Positions 13,582-26,539 of a stretch of DNA of 64,000 nucleotides are shown here, piece after piece. The translations under genes were made by a program, and so were the position numbers. The notes below the pieces were generated by a model. It was not told where the DNA came from. It saw only the letters and a list, made by a program, of their open reading frames with translations, and did no database searches. How positions within the stretch are numbered: the first letter of the stretch is position 1; the number at the start of each line of letters is the position of its first letter. Source of the stretch: Macrostomum lignano (lineage: Eukaryota); contig NIVC01000137.1 of assembly GCA_002269645.1 (NCBI GenBank), positions 62,001-126,000 on the forward strand, given 5' to 3'.

Positions 13582-16500
13582 TTAGCTAAACGCAGTCTTG
13601 ACCTTCGGTTTGCCGCGCACTGGCAGTTCCGTAACGTCGTTTGCTGCAGGTCCTTCGTACCAGTTTTTCTGCCCGTCAACTGGGGAGGCTGGAAGCGGCT
13701 GCTTCATCGTGTTAGGCACTGCAGGCTCATTCGTACCGCCTCCGTCTCCACCGCCAGCTCGCATCATGGCATTGGCGGTGGTCCATTTCCAGGCGTCCGC
13801 TGGCTTGGTTGGCCGCCTAGTCTTCTTGCACAGCAGCAGGCCCAAGTCAACAAACATCTCCACGATTTCGAATAGGGTTAGCACGCTCAGGCCCAGCCAC
13901 AGACCCACCTTGAATGGGCGGTCATTGGTTTGTGGGGATGGGCTGAGTGGAGCTTGTCCTTATGACCATCGAAACTTATCCCTAGAATCACTGTTGAACT
14001 TTTATTTGCTACTCTACTGACAGTAGAAATATAAGAAAATACGCAAAGAAATTTTTTCTTCCGTATGAGCGAGACAGACTCCCTCTGATGACCCAGACCG
14101 ATTCTTCCTGATGGCCCAGACCGATTCACCCTGATGGGTGAGACTTATTCCCCCCGATGACCCAGACTGATTCTCCCTGATGACCCAAACCGATTCTCCC
14201 TAATAACCCAGACCGATTCCCCCTGATGAGTGAGACTTATTCCCCCTGATGACCCAGACCGATCCCCCCGATGACCCAGACTGATTCTCCCTGATGACCC
14301 AAACCAATTCTCCCTGATGACCCAGACCGATTCCCCCTGATGAATGAGACTTATTCTTCCTGATGACCCAGACCGATTCCCCCTGATGAGTGAGACTAAT
14401 TTCCCCTGATGACCCAGACCGATTTCCCCTGATGAGTGAGACTTATTTCCCCTGATGACCCAGACCGATTCCCCCTGATGAGTGAGACTAATTTCCCCTG
14501 ATGACCCAGACCGATTTCCCCTGATGAGTGAGACTTATTTCCCCTGATGACCCAGACCGATTCCCCCTGATGAGTGAGACTAATTTCCCCTGATGACCCA
14601 GACCGATTCCCCCTGATGAGCGAGACTGATTATCGGAAGCCTCACCTGACCGCCCATGTCGGACAGCACGTCGAGAATCTGATAGCCCTCTGTGGACACA
14701 ACTGTGTGCCTTTGCGGATCGTCGTAAAAGACCAAAACTTTGACAAAGTTTTTGCTAAAAAATGTACCAGAGAGTGTTTTAAATTTGTTCGAACTCAATA
14801 TTATTAAGCCGGTAATTAAAAATGCGTAATATTTACCTCATAAATGATTTCCGCTCACTATGATGCAGCCTATTGACCGTGTCTCTAATGTTTTTATTGT
14901 AGCTCATGATCTGCTGCTGAGAGTCGTCCTGAAAATCAGTTTTTGCAATTTGAATTGGGACGTATTTGCTGCTCACAAACTGACTGCAGCTGAATATGAT
15001 CTATGATGAGATAGATGGTCCGCCCCTAGCTAAAAAAACAATAATCTCACTACTTTCGTAGAATTGAGCCGTCTGAAAAGAATCAGGTGCTTCCATTGTA
15101 TTTGTGCAATAACTTTTTGTGCCAGATCTAGCGGAAGTAAGAGTTCCCTGTTGTCTTCTTTTAAAAATATGGATCTGCTTCACAATACTTTTTCGCCGTT
15201 GTTGAGCTCAGCAGGTGAGCAAATATCAAGATATTGTGAAACGTAAGTCTGAACTTTTAAGCTCTGATACCGCAGCTGGGCTGGACTGACGTCGATCTTT
15301 CTTTACACATAAATTTGGGGCTGGTCGTGCCATTCTTGACACGAGATCTAATCTCCTAGGGTTTGGTTAAGTATTAAGATGAGATGAAAGGGGTGACAAT
15401 GAGAAAGTCAGGGTCGGTGAACACCCTGTGTGAACGTGTTGCCCGATTTAAGACACTCATCAGGAGTCAGCGGAATGGTTTGACTGCGGCGGTAACCAAA
15501 GCCCCGCGCACCTGCAAACTGGCTACTAAAGTGGCTACCCAGCTATGAAGTAATTGATCTTACCTCGTAAGCGTCACTGGGCCACATTGAGTGCGACAGA
15601 GACGGTACATAGTCGTACTCGCTAAAGGTGGCAGAGACAAAGGAGCGAGTGAATTTCTCGAATAAATGATAAACAAATATGTCGATAATTTGTTGGGTGT
15701 CCGTGTGAAAATTACTTACTCGCAATCCTGCTTGCATAGAGCTGTGCAATCTGAGAAAGCGTCTTTTTCTGCACTTTGAGCGCACTTTGCTGGAATTTGG
15801 GATGTAATGAGACTGACTGTTGAATGATATTTATATACGCATTTTTGGCTTCTTTCCTAAAGTTTTATTCTAGATGAGTTCAGTGGGCTTCACAAACGCG
15901 AATAAAAAGCACGATGAGGTTGAAATAAAAATACCTATTTTTTGGAACAGAGGAGGTGGGACTCCGCGGGGTAGGCGTAAACCCTTGGGGTTGGAATGTA
16001 CATCAGTTGCGCCGGGCCTATTTTTGGGTAGAGAAGGAGGCGATGCTCCGCGGGGTAGGCGAAAACCCCATGGGTTGGAATGTACATCAGTTGCGCCGGG
16101 CCTATTTTTGGGCAGAGGAGGCGATGCTCCGCGGGGTAGGCGAAAACCCCATGGGTTAGAATGTACATCAGTTGCGCCGGGCCTATTTTTGGGCAGAGGA
16201 GGCGATGCTCCGCGGGGTAGGCGAAAACCCCATGGGTTGGAATGTACATCAGTTGCGCCGGGCCTATTTTTGGGCAGAGGAGGCGATGCTCCGCGGGGTA
16301 GGCGAAAACCCCATGGGTTGGAATGTACATCAGTTGCGCAAGGCCTATTTTTGGGCAGAGGAAGCGATGCTCCGCGGGGTAGGCAAAAACCCTATGGGTT
16401 GGAATGTTCATCAGTGCGCCTGGTCTGTTTTGTGGCAAGAGGACAAAGGGCAAAACAACTACGCATGCTTGAACAAAAGGCTTTACTTCTGAGCACATTT

Positions 16501-19500
16501 TAGTATTTTACCACCAAGAAAAAGTTCATTACCTTGAGTGCTGATTGTGGAAGTAGTGGAGTTGTACTCGTACGAGCAGATGCTGTAGCTGCTGTTGTAC
16601 AGCGGATCAACTGTTGGATCCGAAATCGGTAGATTAGGAGAACTGCACAGGCATCGTTTCTCAACCCTTCTTTGAATGCAAGTCTTCATGCAGGCCTTGG
16701 ATTAAGTTATGGGTGGAACAAATACATGAATGTGAAGGCATATTAATAGTTACTTAAATCGTTTGAGCATAACTTAAGCTAGTTCTGCTAGACTTACAGT
16801 TTTTGAGTAGTTAACACTGGGCAGAGAATAGTTGGACACAACGCTGTACATGTTGTACTTTTTATTCGCCGTCAAATATTCATTTTGACAATCTTCAGCG
16901 TAGGGGTAGGAGAGGCGTTTCGTGTACACCTGTAGGAAAGTTTATTTGATTACGTTAATAGAAGTACTTGATACCCATACAGCTACTTACAGTGTATGCA
17001 AAATTTCTATCTTGTCCGAAATCTATCGATCAATTCAGTCTATCTCTACTTTCAATTGAACGAAATTAGGAGCTTAGCCAGGTAGCCAAGAGGCGCGAGC
17101 ACCAAGGGGCTTTAGCACCAAGGGGCGCCAAAACCACAGCAGTCGTTAGGGAACTGTAACAATTTTTCACAAACCTGCTGCGAGGGTGGCGCCGAATCAT
17201 CTTGCAAGCGGTGCTACTAGCACTAAAGCTACTCTCTACTTGTGTCACCATTTATGTACCCGTTAACCTTCATCTGCTACGACAAAATTAACTCTCTCCA
17301 TCGCACCTCCTTGATTCCAATGTAGGTCTCTTGTCCAGGCGAAACGCTAATGCCGGAATCCTCCGGAAATGGCTGCTTATTCGGCTCGTGAATAACGACA
17401 TTAACACCGGCAGAATTGGCCACGGCGCCAACGTACTGAGACTGTTCCACGTACAGGGTGAGCTTGAGACCGTGCAGCGGGCCGGGCTGTAGCACCGTCA
17501 CAAGGCTTTGGTCGCTTCTGGCCGCATTGAAAGTGTAGCAGTTGCCGTACAGCGGGTGCAGGAAGCGAGAGAAATTCCTAAGAATGTTATTGTTGGCATG
17601 GCGTCAACTTGTTTTGCGTTGGCTAGGTGACGTAAACATCTTGCATGCAAAGGTCTGTCTAGAGAATTCATAGTGCCAAAAAGTAGGCTCGTTTTTTAAA
17701 GAAATTCATCGTCCTAGTTGTGCATAAACTGGTGCCAAACAGAATGTCTTCATATTGACAATGCCAGTGTTTCATGGTGACAAAGCAGGATATTTACATG
17801 GAGACAAAGTAGGATGTTTACATGGTGACAAATCAAGGTGTATACATGGAGACAAAGCAGGATGTTTACATGGTGACAAAGCAGCATGATGACAAAACAG
17901 TTCTTCATGGGGCTAAAGCAGTCCTCTATCATATAAAGTGTCCTCTACACACTTTAAATCAGACATCAACTCACTGCGGCGTGCAGTATTTCGTTCCAAC
18001 GCTGCAATCGATTAGGAAGTCGTTAATCTTAGTGCCAACTTCGGTTTTCCAGGTGCCCGTGAGCGAGTTATAATAGTCCAAGAAGGTGTAGGTGATGCCA
18101 AGGCTTTTCGGAATCGCGTCTGGTCCCATGGCGCTGAGATTTCTCGACGAAGAGGAGCTGTTGTAAATGCTGCCGGTCATCCAGGAAAACTGCAGGAAGT
18201 AACGATTTTTCGTTTCTGAGCTTTTTTTGTTATATCGGAATAAAAGTCATTCAGTCATTTTGTCACAATGAACTTAAGGTGCAGATGTAACTGACTTACC
18301 TTGTCAGCAGAAGGCGGCGGTGGCGGCCGATCCTCGTCGGCGGATCGCTTCCGTCTCCCCGGAGGCGTTGGGGGAGGCGCAGTGGCTGAAAAAGGATTAA
18401 ATGGAACCAAGAGTACGAGTATCTACAGTTATATAGCCTTGATTCGTGTACGAGTATCGAACATAACACAACAAGCAAAATTAGAAAGACATTCTAAAAG
18501 TGCACACCTAGGCTTGTTAGTATTCTTTGATTCATGTACATGCAGGAACCGCACAGGCTCGAGGTCGCACAAGATGTAGGATGTACAGCGGCCCTAAATT
18601 TCTCTTCCTCAAGCACGTGCACACTCTGCGCCTTGGGGATTGGGCCTTAAAAACTCTATGGTACAATCCGTCAGGACATAAAAGGCTATGGCATAGACTG
18701 TTTATGGTACAACCCGTACAGGAAACAAACTGTCTATGGCCCCAACCCGTCTAGGAAACAAACTGTCTAGGGTACAACCCGTCTAGGAAACAAACTGTCT
18801 ATGGCCCCAACCCGTCTAGGAAACAAACTGTCTAGGGTACAACCCGTCTAGGAAACAAACTGTCTATGGCCCCAACCCGTCTAGGAAACAAACTGTCTAG
18901 GGTACAACCCGTCTAAGAAAAAAACTGTCTATGGCCACAACCCGTCTAAGAAAAAAACTGTCTATGGCCACAACCCGTCTAAGAAAATAACTGTCTATGG
19001 CCACAACCCGTCTGTGTCTTAGGCTACGTGTCTTAGGGTACAACCCGTCTAGGAAGCAAACCGTCCATGGCAAAACTTGTCTAGGACACAGTCTGTCAAT
19101 AACTGTATCCTATTAGAACGATTTCTACTATACAATATTGAATAGGATTGCCTGAATGAACCTTAAGCGGCTGAGCATAATATTCACTTACATGATGTCA
19201 CAGTAGGACCAGGAGTTGGTGCAGCAGTTGGGCCCGCAGTGGGCCCAAAAGTAGGACCTGCAGTTGGCCCAAAAGTTGGACCTGCAGTGGGCCCAGCAGT
19301 TGGGCCAGCCGTCATAGAACTGTTGCTGCTACTGTTAGCTGAAAAAAACAATCAATCATACTAACAAGTGGGTGCCGTTAATCGGTGTTAAAAATCAAGG
19401 CTATTTGAAAAATTGTGCGCAAAATAAATGCATTGTGTAGCTATGTTTGTTAATCTCAGCTTACTAGTAGACGAGCTGGTAAACGATTCAGCCACTTTGT

Positions 19501-21185
19501 TGGCTCGAGCCGGATTTAAATTGCACACGGAGACAGCCGGAAACGGCCTGGGCATCAGAGTCACCACCGAGCGTTGAACAATGATTGGATAAGAGTAGTA
19601 CTTCTGCACAATGCCCACAATCTGCCAGACCATGATACCTGTGGGTGGCAAGATCAAATGGAACGGTGCCAATTTTAATCTAAACTGGAAATGTTTGTGT
19701 AATCTTGGAATTGTAATCTAAATAATAATATCTATTACTTTGTCTCATTTACATCATTACATCATTAGTCTAATGGAATGGATTGTCGAATTTAATTATT
19801 TATCTATAGCTGAGCCAAAGCAGTGTCAGAACTCACTTGGGTTAAGAAAGCCAGTTATTTGGGATAGTCCTTGGGCTCGACTTATTACGACAATCTCCCA
19901 TAGGATTTTACTAATTAACGATTGATTAGCTGCAACCAGTGCAACACAGTCAGGAATTCTCCCGTTTAATTCATCTAATCAAAAAGTAATCCTACGAGTA
20001 CTGCTCATTATCGTTGGAAAGGCAGTTTTGTTCGTACTGATGGACAATTTAGCTAAAAGCTGCCCGTGATGTCGTGATGACTTCTGACTGTCAATTTGAT
20101 ACACTGAGCACAAAAATAAATGGTGGATAAAGTACTATCGTAGTTAGCAATAAATTCAGATGAGAGATCCCCAAACTCTCCAGAATTAGGCAGCACAGTT
20201 CACACACAGACGTCAGGAAGCCAGCGCTAACCAATTTTAGGCAGGAAAAAGTTTGCCAAGTGGGCTATGGAAAGGTTAACAATCAATTATAATTACGGCC
20301 TATGAGTACGTATTCCGTTCAAACTTGATTGTTTAGCCAGATAAAGTGTATTTTTAACCGCGGCCTGGGCCCTGTTAGGGATGCCCTGCTTTTTTGCCAC
20401 CTTTCGCGGATTGCCGATGTTGTATCGTGGCGTCCCCTGTCTTAATGTACATGTGTAATTCCCATACGTCATCAGTGATGAGACGCCAGGTCTGTGACGT
20501 CAGAAGACCGTAGGCCACATGGCTGGCATCCCTGTCTCATGAGTGGCGCCCCTGTCTCATGGCTGGCGCCCCTGTCTCATGGCGGCGCCCCTGTCTCATG
20601 ACTGGCGCCCCTGTCTCATGGCTGGCGCCCCTGTCTCATGAGTGGCGCCCCTGTCTCATGGCTGGCGCCCCTGTCTCATGGCTGGCGCCCCTGTCTCATG
20701 ACCTGCGCCACTGTTTTTTGGTTAGCGTCCCTGCCTTTTGGTGAGCGCCCCTGTCTCTTGATGGGCGCCCCTCTTTCTTGGTGGGCGCCCCCGCCTTTGG
20801 TGAGCGCCCCTAACCTACATGTATTTTCTAGGTCGGTGAATATCGCATTTTAAAGGAAAAGTTGAGCTGCTGTCATTTAGTTTCTAGAGGACACTGGGTG
20901 TCCACTCAAGTCGTTGAGTGCAAACGCTCTGAGCTATCTCGCTCGCGAAACGATAAGCGAATATGTCTCACACAGGCCAGTTAGCAGCAGAAGCGTCCAG
21001 AACGTCTTCTTCGCCGGACTGTGATTCCTCGTGATGTTAGGCAGTCCGTGCATGCCAGTGTTCTCAGCCCAGGTTATCACTAGGGTGCGCAGCGACCTCT
21101 TCGGCTTCTGCGGAGCCTGGCCGTCCATCATCAGGTCCGCCGTGTCTGGCGCGCCAGGCGGCGATGGAATCGAAGCTGTTTCCAT
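13582..21185 (-). CDS. DEG/ENaC family amiloride-sensitive sodium channel subunit, ~681 aa; exons 20972-21185, 19465-19638, 19192-19338, 18300-18385, 17975-18189, 17307-17577, 16798-16929, 16533-16695, 15720-15789, 15564-15621, 14837-14916, 14646-14754, 13582-13908
   Basis: GMHGL (HG gating motif), TM1, FPAVSVCNLNP, YGNCYTFN, GPLHGLKL, Cys-rich thumb (ACMKTC...CLC...C...C...DC), WPS, LSDMGGQVGLWLGLSVLT (TM2, GxS filter). All 12 junctions are GT-AG with matching phases; total CDS 2046 nt. Confidence 0.95.
14083..14630. repeat. Compound ~22/45-bp minisatellite rich in CCCTGATGA, in the last ENaC intron
   Basis: Alternating CCCTGATGACCCAGACCGATTC and CCCTGATGAGTGAGACTTATTC units. Confidence 0.93.
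15960..16400. repeat. 81-bp minisatellite in an ENaC intron
   Basis: CGAAAACCCC recurs at 16141 and 16222 (period 81). Confidence 0.95.
18700..19075. repeat. ~33-bp minisatellite CAACCCGTCTAGGAAACAAACTGTCTA... in an ENaC intron
   Basis: Tandem units. Confidence 0.92.
20520..20760. repeat. 20-bp minisatellite ATGGCTGGCGCCCCTGTCTC in ENaC intron 1; inverted relic near 21760-21900
   Basis: Tandem units; GAGACAGGGGCGCC copies lie on the other side of exon 1. Confidence 0.9.
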
Positions 21186-23757
21186 CGGGCTTCGCGATCG
21201 ACTGTCCTGTAGAGACTCTCAGAGTTGGTTGTCAAACAATTGCTTTTGTAGCTCGAGGCACACAATAGAGTTGTGAAAAGCTGCTAGGAGGAGAGCCAGC
21301 TGGTTTGCCCACGGGTTCACTTCCGGAAGTTGGATAAATACCATTGCACACTGCTTGGTATTGACAGCAAAACAATCGCACAGTTGCCCATAGCAACGGA
21401 CTTGGCATTCTCTAGTTTCTAGTGCTGCGGCTTCACCAATCACTGTGTTTGGGCAACCATCAGCAAATTAGCCTAGCAGAGGAATAACTGATCGTGTGAC
21501 AGAGTGAATTGAACTATTAGATTTGGTGTTTGAGCAGTAAATGGAGTTCATGGATTGCAGCCGATACTAACCTATTATATGATGCTTAACAATAAATGTG
21601 CATTCAGAATAGTGTAATAGACCGGCTGTGTGCAGAAGCTTTGCGAAAGCTTATATTGACAGCAGTTTAAGTCAGCGCTCGTATAAGTCAAAGCCGTTAG
21701 AATCTGCAATATCACTGCAATCTAGTAAGAGTCCAAGAAGCAGTTCAACTCGCAAAACTGAGAGACAGGGGCGCCTACCTGGAGTGACAGAGACACCTAC
21801 CTAAGTGACAGGGGACGCCTAGCTAAGTGACATGGGGCGCCCAATAGACAAGGACGCCTACCTGGAGTGAAAGGGGCGCCTACATGACCTGAGTGACAGG
21901 GGTCTATGTGAGAAGTTTATCGATGTCCGTAACTACCAAACACATTGATAAGTGGATCACCCTGAAATTTAAAGACCCAGTGGATCGACAGAAGGAAGGG
22001 CGCTGGCCATAATTTTACATCTTTATCAGATTACCTAAGAAAGGTGACATATGAACCGCCAGGAGTAGGAATACTTATAGTATTTCCTTACGTATAGTAC
22101 TTCAAGTATTTTCATTAGTGAGCCTGCAGCATGCAGTGCAGTCATGCAGATGGTCCTGAAAACCGCCGCAAACAAGCAGCTGTAGAGGCGGATGTGAAAT
22201 TAGTCACTGAGATGAGTTATGAGTAATAAAAAGTCATTAATTACAGGAAGATTACTATAATACAGTCTGTTGTAGGCGGTGCCGGCCCAGCTGGCGCAAT
22301 TTGACGTCGGCTACATCGGTCCCACCATGCAGCCAGAGTGAAGCAATTCTGGCTAAATTCCGCTGACTCCTGAGCATATGACGACCAAAGTACAACTATA
22401 GTAGAAGTTCCCATAAATTCTGTGAATAAAGCCCCACAAAAAATGGCCGCGCACACGGAATCAAATCGTGAGGGGTCGTGGCGTGATAGCTGTCACGGAT
22501 GCGTCCATATTTTAAGTCTCTAAATTGTTATATTTTACGTAATAAAGCACCGCGGTTTAGCTAGCTGTAACACCGCTGTAGTTGTAATAGCACGGCATAC
22601 ACGATTTAAATTGACGCAGAATTGCAATAGCAGGACGTGCTAGATACATGCGTACTTGTGTACATGGTACGCAAGGACGACTAAAGTAACGTATATATCT
22701 ACTTAAGTAAAGTCCTTGATTGGTTACGCGCACATGTAAATAAATGTACATGTACAAATGATATACAAAGGCAAGGCTGTTTCTACAATTGCATATGTAA
22801 TTTCGTCATTACCACTTCGTCATCAGGGTGTCTTTGTGGGTGTACGGGACGCCTATACGAACCCCGAACCCCGACCCGAACATTTTTGAAGCCCGAACCC
22901 TGGTACCAAAACCCGACGCGACCACCGAACCTAACCCTGAACTTTTTGACACTGAATTAGTCTGAAATCATTTTCATCAATAAATGCGCTGCTTCGTTAA
23001 AAATACAGCGCTTTTTGTACTTTACCGATCTATTTGGAAACATTTGGCCACGCCGACACGTGTTTGTAAGCTCAAAAATAAATATAAAACATTGCCAGCT
23101 TCAATTAATCGGCCTTATCCAGTAAGTAAAAATAATGACTCAATTTCAACTCTTCAGGAAATTTAAATGCCATAGTTAGACTCCCTGAGGGAAAAAGCGC
23201 TGACGCCACCGATTCCTGAAAAAATATGTTGGCCTTAGGTAATTCCTTCCTTATCATGCACATTGAATAAAGAGTAAAGGAAAAGTTATAAGCGCTTATA
23301 ACGAGTGAAAACTTTTAGTAAATTTACTGTAAGTCATACCCCGGCAGGCAGACAAAAATGCGAGACAAACCAACAAAAAAAGCACTTCAAACTTTATTCT
23401 CCTTTTCCCATACATACGTCAGCTTTCCCATTCATGCAATACACTCTCGTACACATGTTTGCCGGTGGCCTGGCTGACCCCAGGAAGCCAGGAGAAAAAT
23501 AAATTATTTATAAATTGCACACTTATTTATTATGATTGAAGCATGCAGTTCAAAGTACGACTTACAATTAATATACCCAGCAACGGTCAAAAGTGGTTCC
23601 ACCCACCAAGCAAAGATATTTTTATTCACTTTTTACCGTGCATTTAAATGAAAAGTTTTTCTCTACATTGTGATATTACTTTACAAAATAGGTTACCTTG
23701 CATGCCCCTGGTCACTTCGTCATACAATATGACCAAATGGAATATGAAGATCTGACT

Positions 23758-23790
23758 CAGGGACTACTCAAACTGTTTGAGTAGTCCCTG
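23758..23790. mobile_element. TIR-only hAT-type remnant (33 bp) with 8-bp TSD
   Basis: CAGGGACTACTCAAAC-T-GTTTGAGTAGTCCCTG is a perfect 16-bp inverted repeat, flanked by ATCTGACT at 23750-23757 and 23791-23798. A CAGGG start and 8-bp TSD are hAT hallmarks. Confidence 0.8.
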
Positions 23791-25672
23791 ATCTGACTAA
23801 GTAGAAGAAATATATGAAATGGTGTCACACGGATATGGCAACCAGGGTGATTATTCGATTCACACTGCTCTTATGTTAAAATAAATGTGACAGTGTAATT
23901 CGTAAATTCGTAGAAGCATCTGTATCGTATTTCTTTATCTCACTTGCATACCGTACTACCTACGTACTGTATTCTTAATTTATTTTAACAATATTCCATA
24001 CGTTCATTATCGCGCTTCTGTTCTGTTAAATGCCTTATTTTTGTAGCCTCGTAAGGTTTTATTCTATTATTTATATATCATTCATATCGTTATTATTTCT
24101 CGTAAAGTAGTTCTATCTCTGTACATGTACTGACGTTATGATATTCTTGCACGATATATTTTATCGATTAATTTGTACATGAACATTGCGCGTGCAGTGG
24201 GGGCTTGTTGTCTGAGTTATGGATTAGGGGTGTTGTTTGTTATCTGTTTACTTACCAATTAAATATATGCTTACACTTGCAATCAGCGGCCGCTCGCTCT
24301 CGCGCCCTTCCCTCCCGATCTTTGCTTCGCTTCTCGCTCTAGGCTCGCGAACCCCTTAGCTACCCGGCCTCCTTGGCTCAACTCTCCCGCCGCCTACCCC
24401 GGCCCAATTAATTAATCAACTGAATTAATCCTAGCAATTTTATATATATCTAAATCTAAGCTGTCTTATGTAACACTATAAGTCTAAGGGTGGAAGCGGC
24501 CTGCCGATCTGCTAACTAATCGCGAACTATCTGAATAACCGCTACTCGAAACCATCTTCCCGCCTTTATTAGTCACATAAATAAAAAAAATATATTTTTT
24601 AAGCACTTAATAAAATTAATACCTACATGAGATAACATCTAAGGAGTCCCTTTTTCAAAACATATTGTTTAAACGTGTTTTAAAAGTGATTATTTTAAAT
24701 GGATGTGTCCTTACTCCAAATAAAAAATATATCACTTTAAATTATTTAGGTCGTCTTCGGTTTCATTTTATCCTTACCAAACTTGAACTGATATTAGAGA
24801 CCATTGTCAAATTACATAATTGTAGTTTTTATTTTTTTGTTAGTATGCAGCATGCCACAACTTTTCTTGTTTCAGAGTCTGACTGTCCAATAAATAAATA
24901 GACAATGCCAATGGCCATTTTCCTAGGTTAAGGAAGGCTAGTAGTAATAGCGTAGTAAGCTAGAGGGTAGAGACTATAGTTAGTTAGAGAGTATGGAAAT
25001 TTAGGCTATGTATTAGTAATAGTGTTTAATTTTATTTATACCACAGTCAGAAAACTAGCAATCAGCCATTATCAGCGCCCTCCATTGGGGAGCTACAAAC
25101 TAAAACAAATGAAAATCAATATTTTTGAATAAACTAGGGCTAGGCCTAGCCTACATCTCACCTATGCTTATGCAGCTTCTGACCCAATCTGGCCCATTTA
25201 CAAGATAATTGATTAAGGCAAATAGCCAGGATTTATCAGGGAGAACAAAGAAAAATCCATAGGCCCATCCAATGGAAGCATGGCAATAAAAAATTTCCTC
25301 CCTCCAGGGGGGACATGCCATCAGTGTCCCCCCTTTGGCTGTGCCGCTGAATTGATTACTCTACATGCTATTATATAGGATTATTTTTAATAGATTAGAA
25401 GACTAGTAGGTTTAGGCTTGAACTAGTATAAATAAAAAGTATATAGTAAATATTTAGTTAAATTGGAATGAAAGATTTCAACTATTTTTATAGTATCTTA
25501 TCTTTGCATAAATTATTTTTCAAATAGCAATCCTAAATTAGTGGTATATTTAATTAAAGCTGATTAATTTAGTAATAAGGAAAAGCATACATTGTAATAG
25601 CAATAGTAATTTAACAATATAGTAGTAAAAATAATTTTTGTATATTTACAAATTGTAGGTATGAAACTTAAA

Positions 25673-26168
25673 GGCCTGGATAGAATTCTTGCAGAAAAAT
25701 CAACGCGTTATGCAATTGCATGAAAAAAATGCGATTTTGCACAAAAAAATCCAGAAAAAATGCGTTGCAGAATTTTAGACAAAATTGCTAATTCTTAATA
25801 TATGCAAAAGTGCGCTTGAGATATTGGATTTTGCAAAAGATAATCCTACTAGCTAAGATCACGAAGAAAAAAAGAATAAAAAGTAAAAACTAAATAAGGC
25901 ACAAAAGTAAAAATTCAAAAAAATTCTATAAAAAGTAAAACTTGTAACATTCTCTAACATGACATATTTGGACGAAAAATCAAATCACTACATTTTCTTA
26001 GAATGCATTTTTCGTTAATGTCCTATTCTTTTTTATATGAACATTTTGCGACGTGCTAAGTACCAAAATAAAAAATGCAACCAATAAAAAATATTTTGCG
26101 CGCCATAAAAAATTCCGGAAACGGCATAATTCCATTTGGCTTAAGAAATACAAGAATTCCATCCTGGC
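25673..26168. mobile_element. Probable MITE (~495 bp, AT-rich interior)
   Basis: Imperfect TIRs GCCTGGATAGAATTCTTG and CAAGAATTCCATCCTGGC (16/18 match); TSD not cleanly resolved. Confidence 0.5.
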
Positions 26169-26539
26169 TTAAAGGTAGTAAGCACAAATGTTAAAAAATG
26201 TTTGTTAGGCCTTATACCTAGTAGTAATAAAGTAAATTGCATTAGCAAAACATAATTAATAGGTAAGTAGGCCATAGGAAAATGAATTTTTTATAATATA
26301 TAGTGCAAACATATATCATATATGCAAGGTTTGAATAGGATATTAAGGGTAGAAATAGAAACATTTAATTGGAGTTCTATATCTATTTGTATGAAATGTT
26401 ACAATTTTAGAAAAAAAATTTTATGCACAGTGACCAAATGACTTGTAATTACATTTAAGTATACTCTATATTAGTCTTTTATATATACTAAAAGTTATTC
26501 TATAAATCCTCTTCCAGCTTTCACAACTTTCTGAAAATG

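Noticed and set aside
14083-14630. CTGATGA-rich repeat resembling a hammerhead ribozyme core or snoRNA C boxes
   Set aside because: There is no GAAA half of the hammerhead core and no guide/D-box architecture; it lies antisense to the host transcript.
15030-15520. Candidate extra ENaC exons (15051-15147; from 15511)
   Set aside because: Phases are incompatible or a stop follows early; the model is complete and in frame without them.
15960-16400. 81-bp repeat with hairpins (GGGGT/ACCCC) as a CRISPR array or self-cleaving ribozyme
   Set aside because: There are no unique spacers and the context is a eukaryotic intron; HDV and twister conserved elements could not be aligned.
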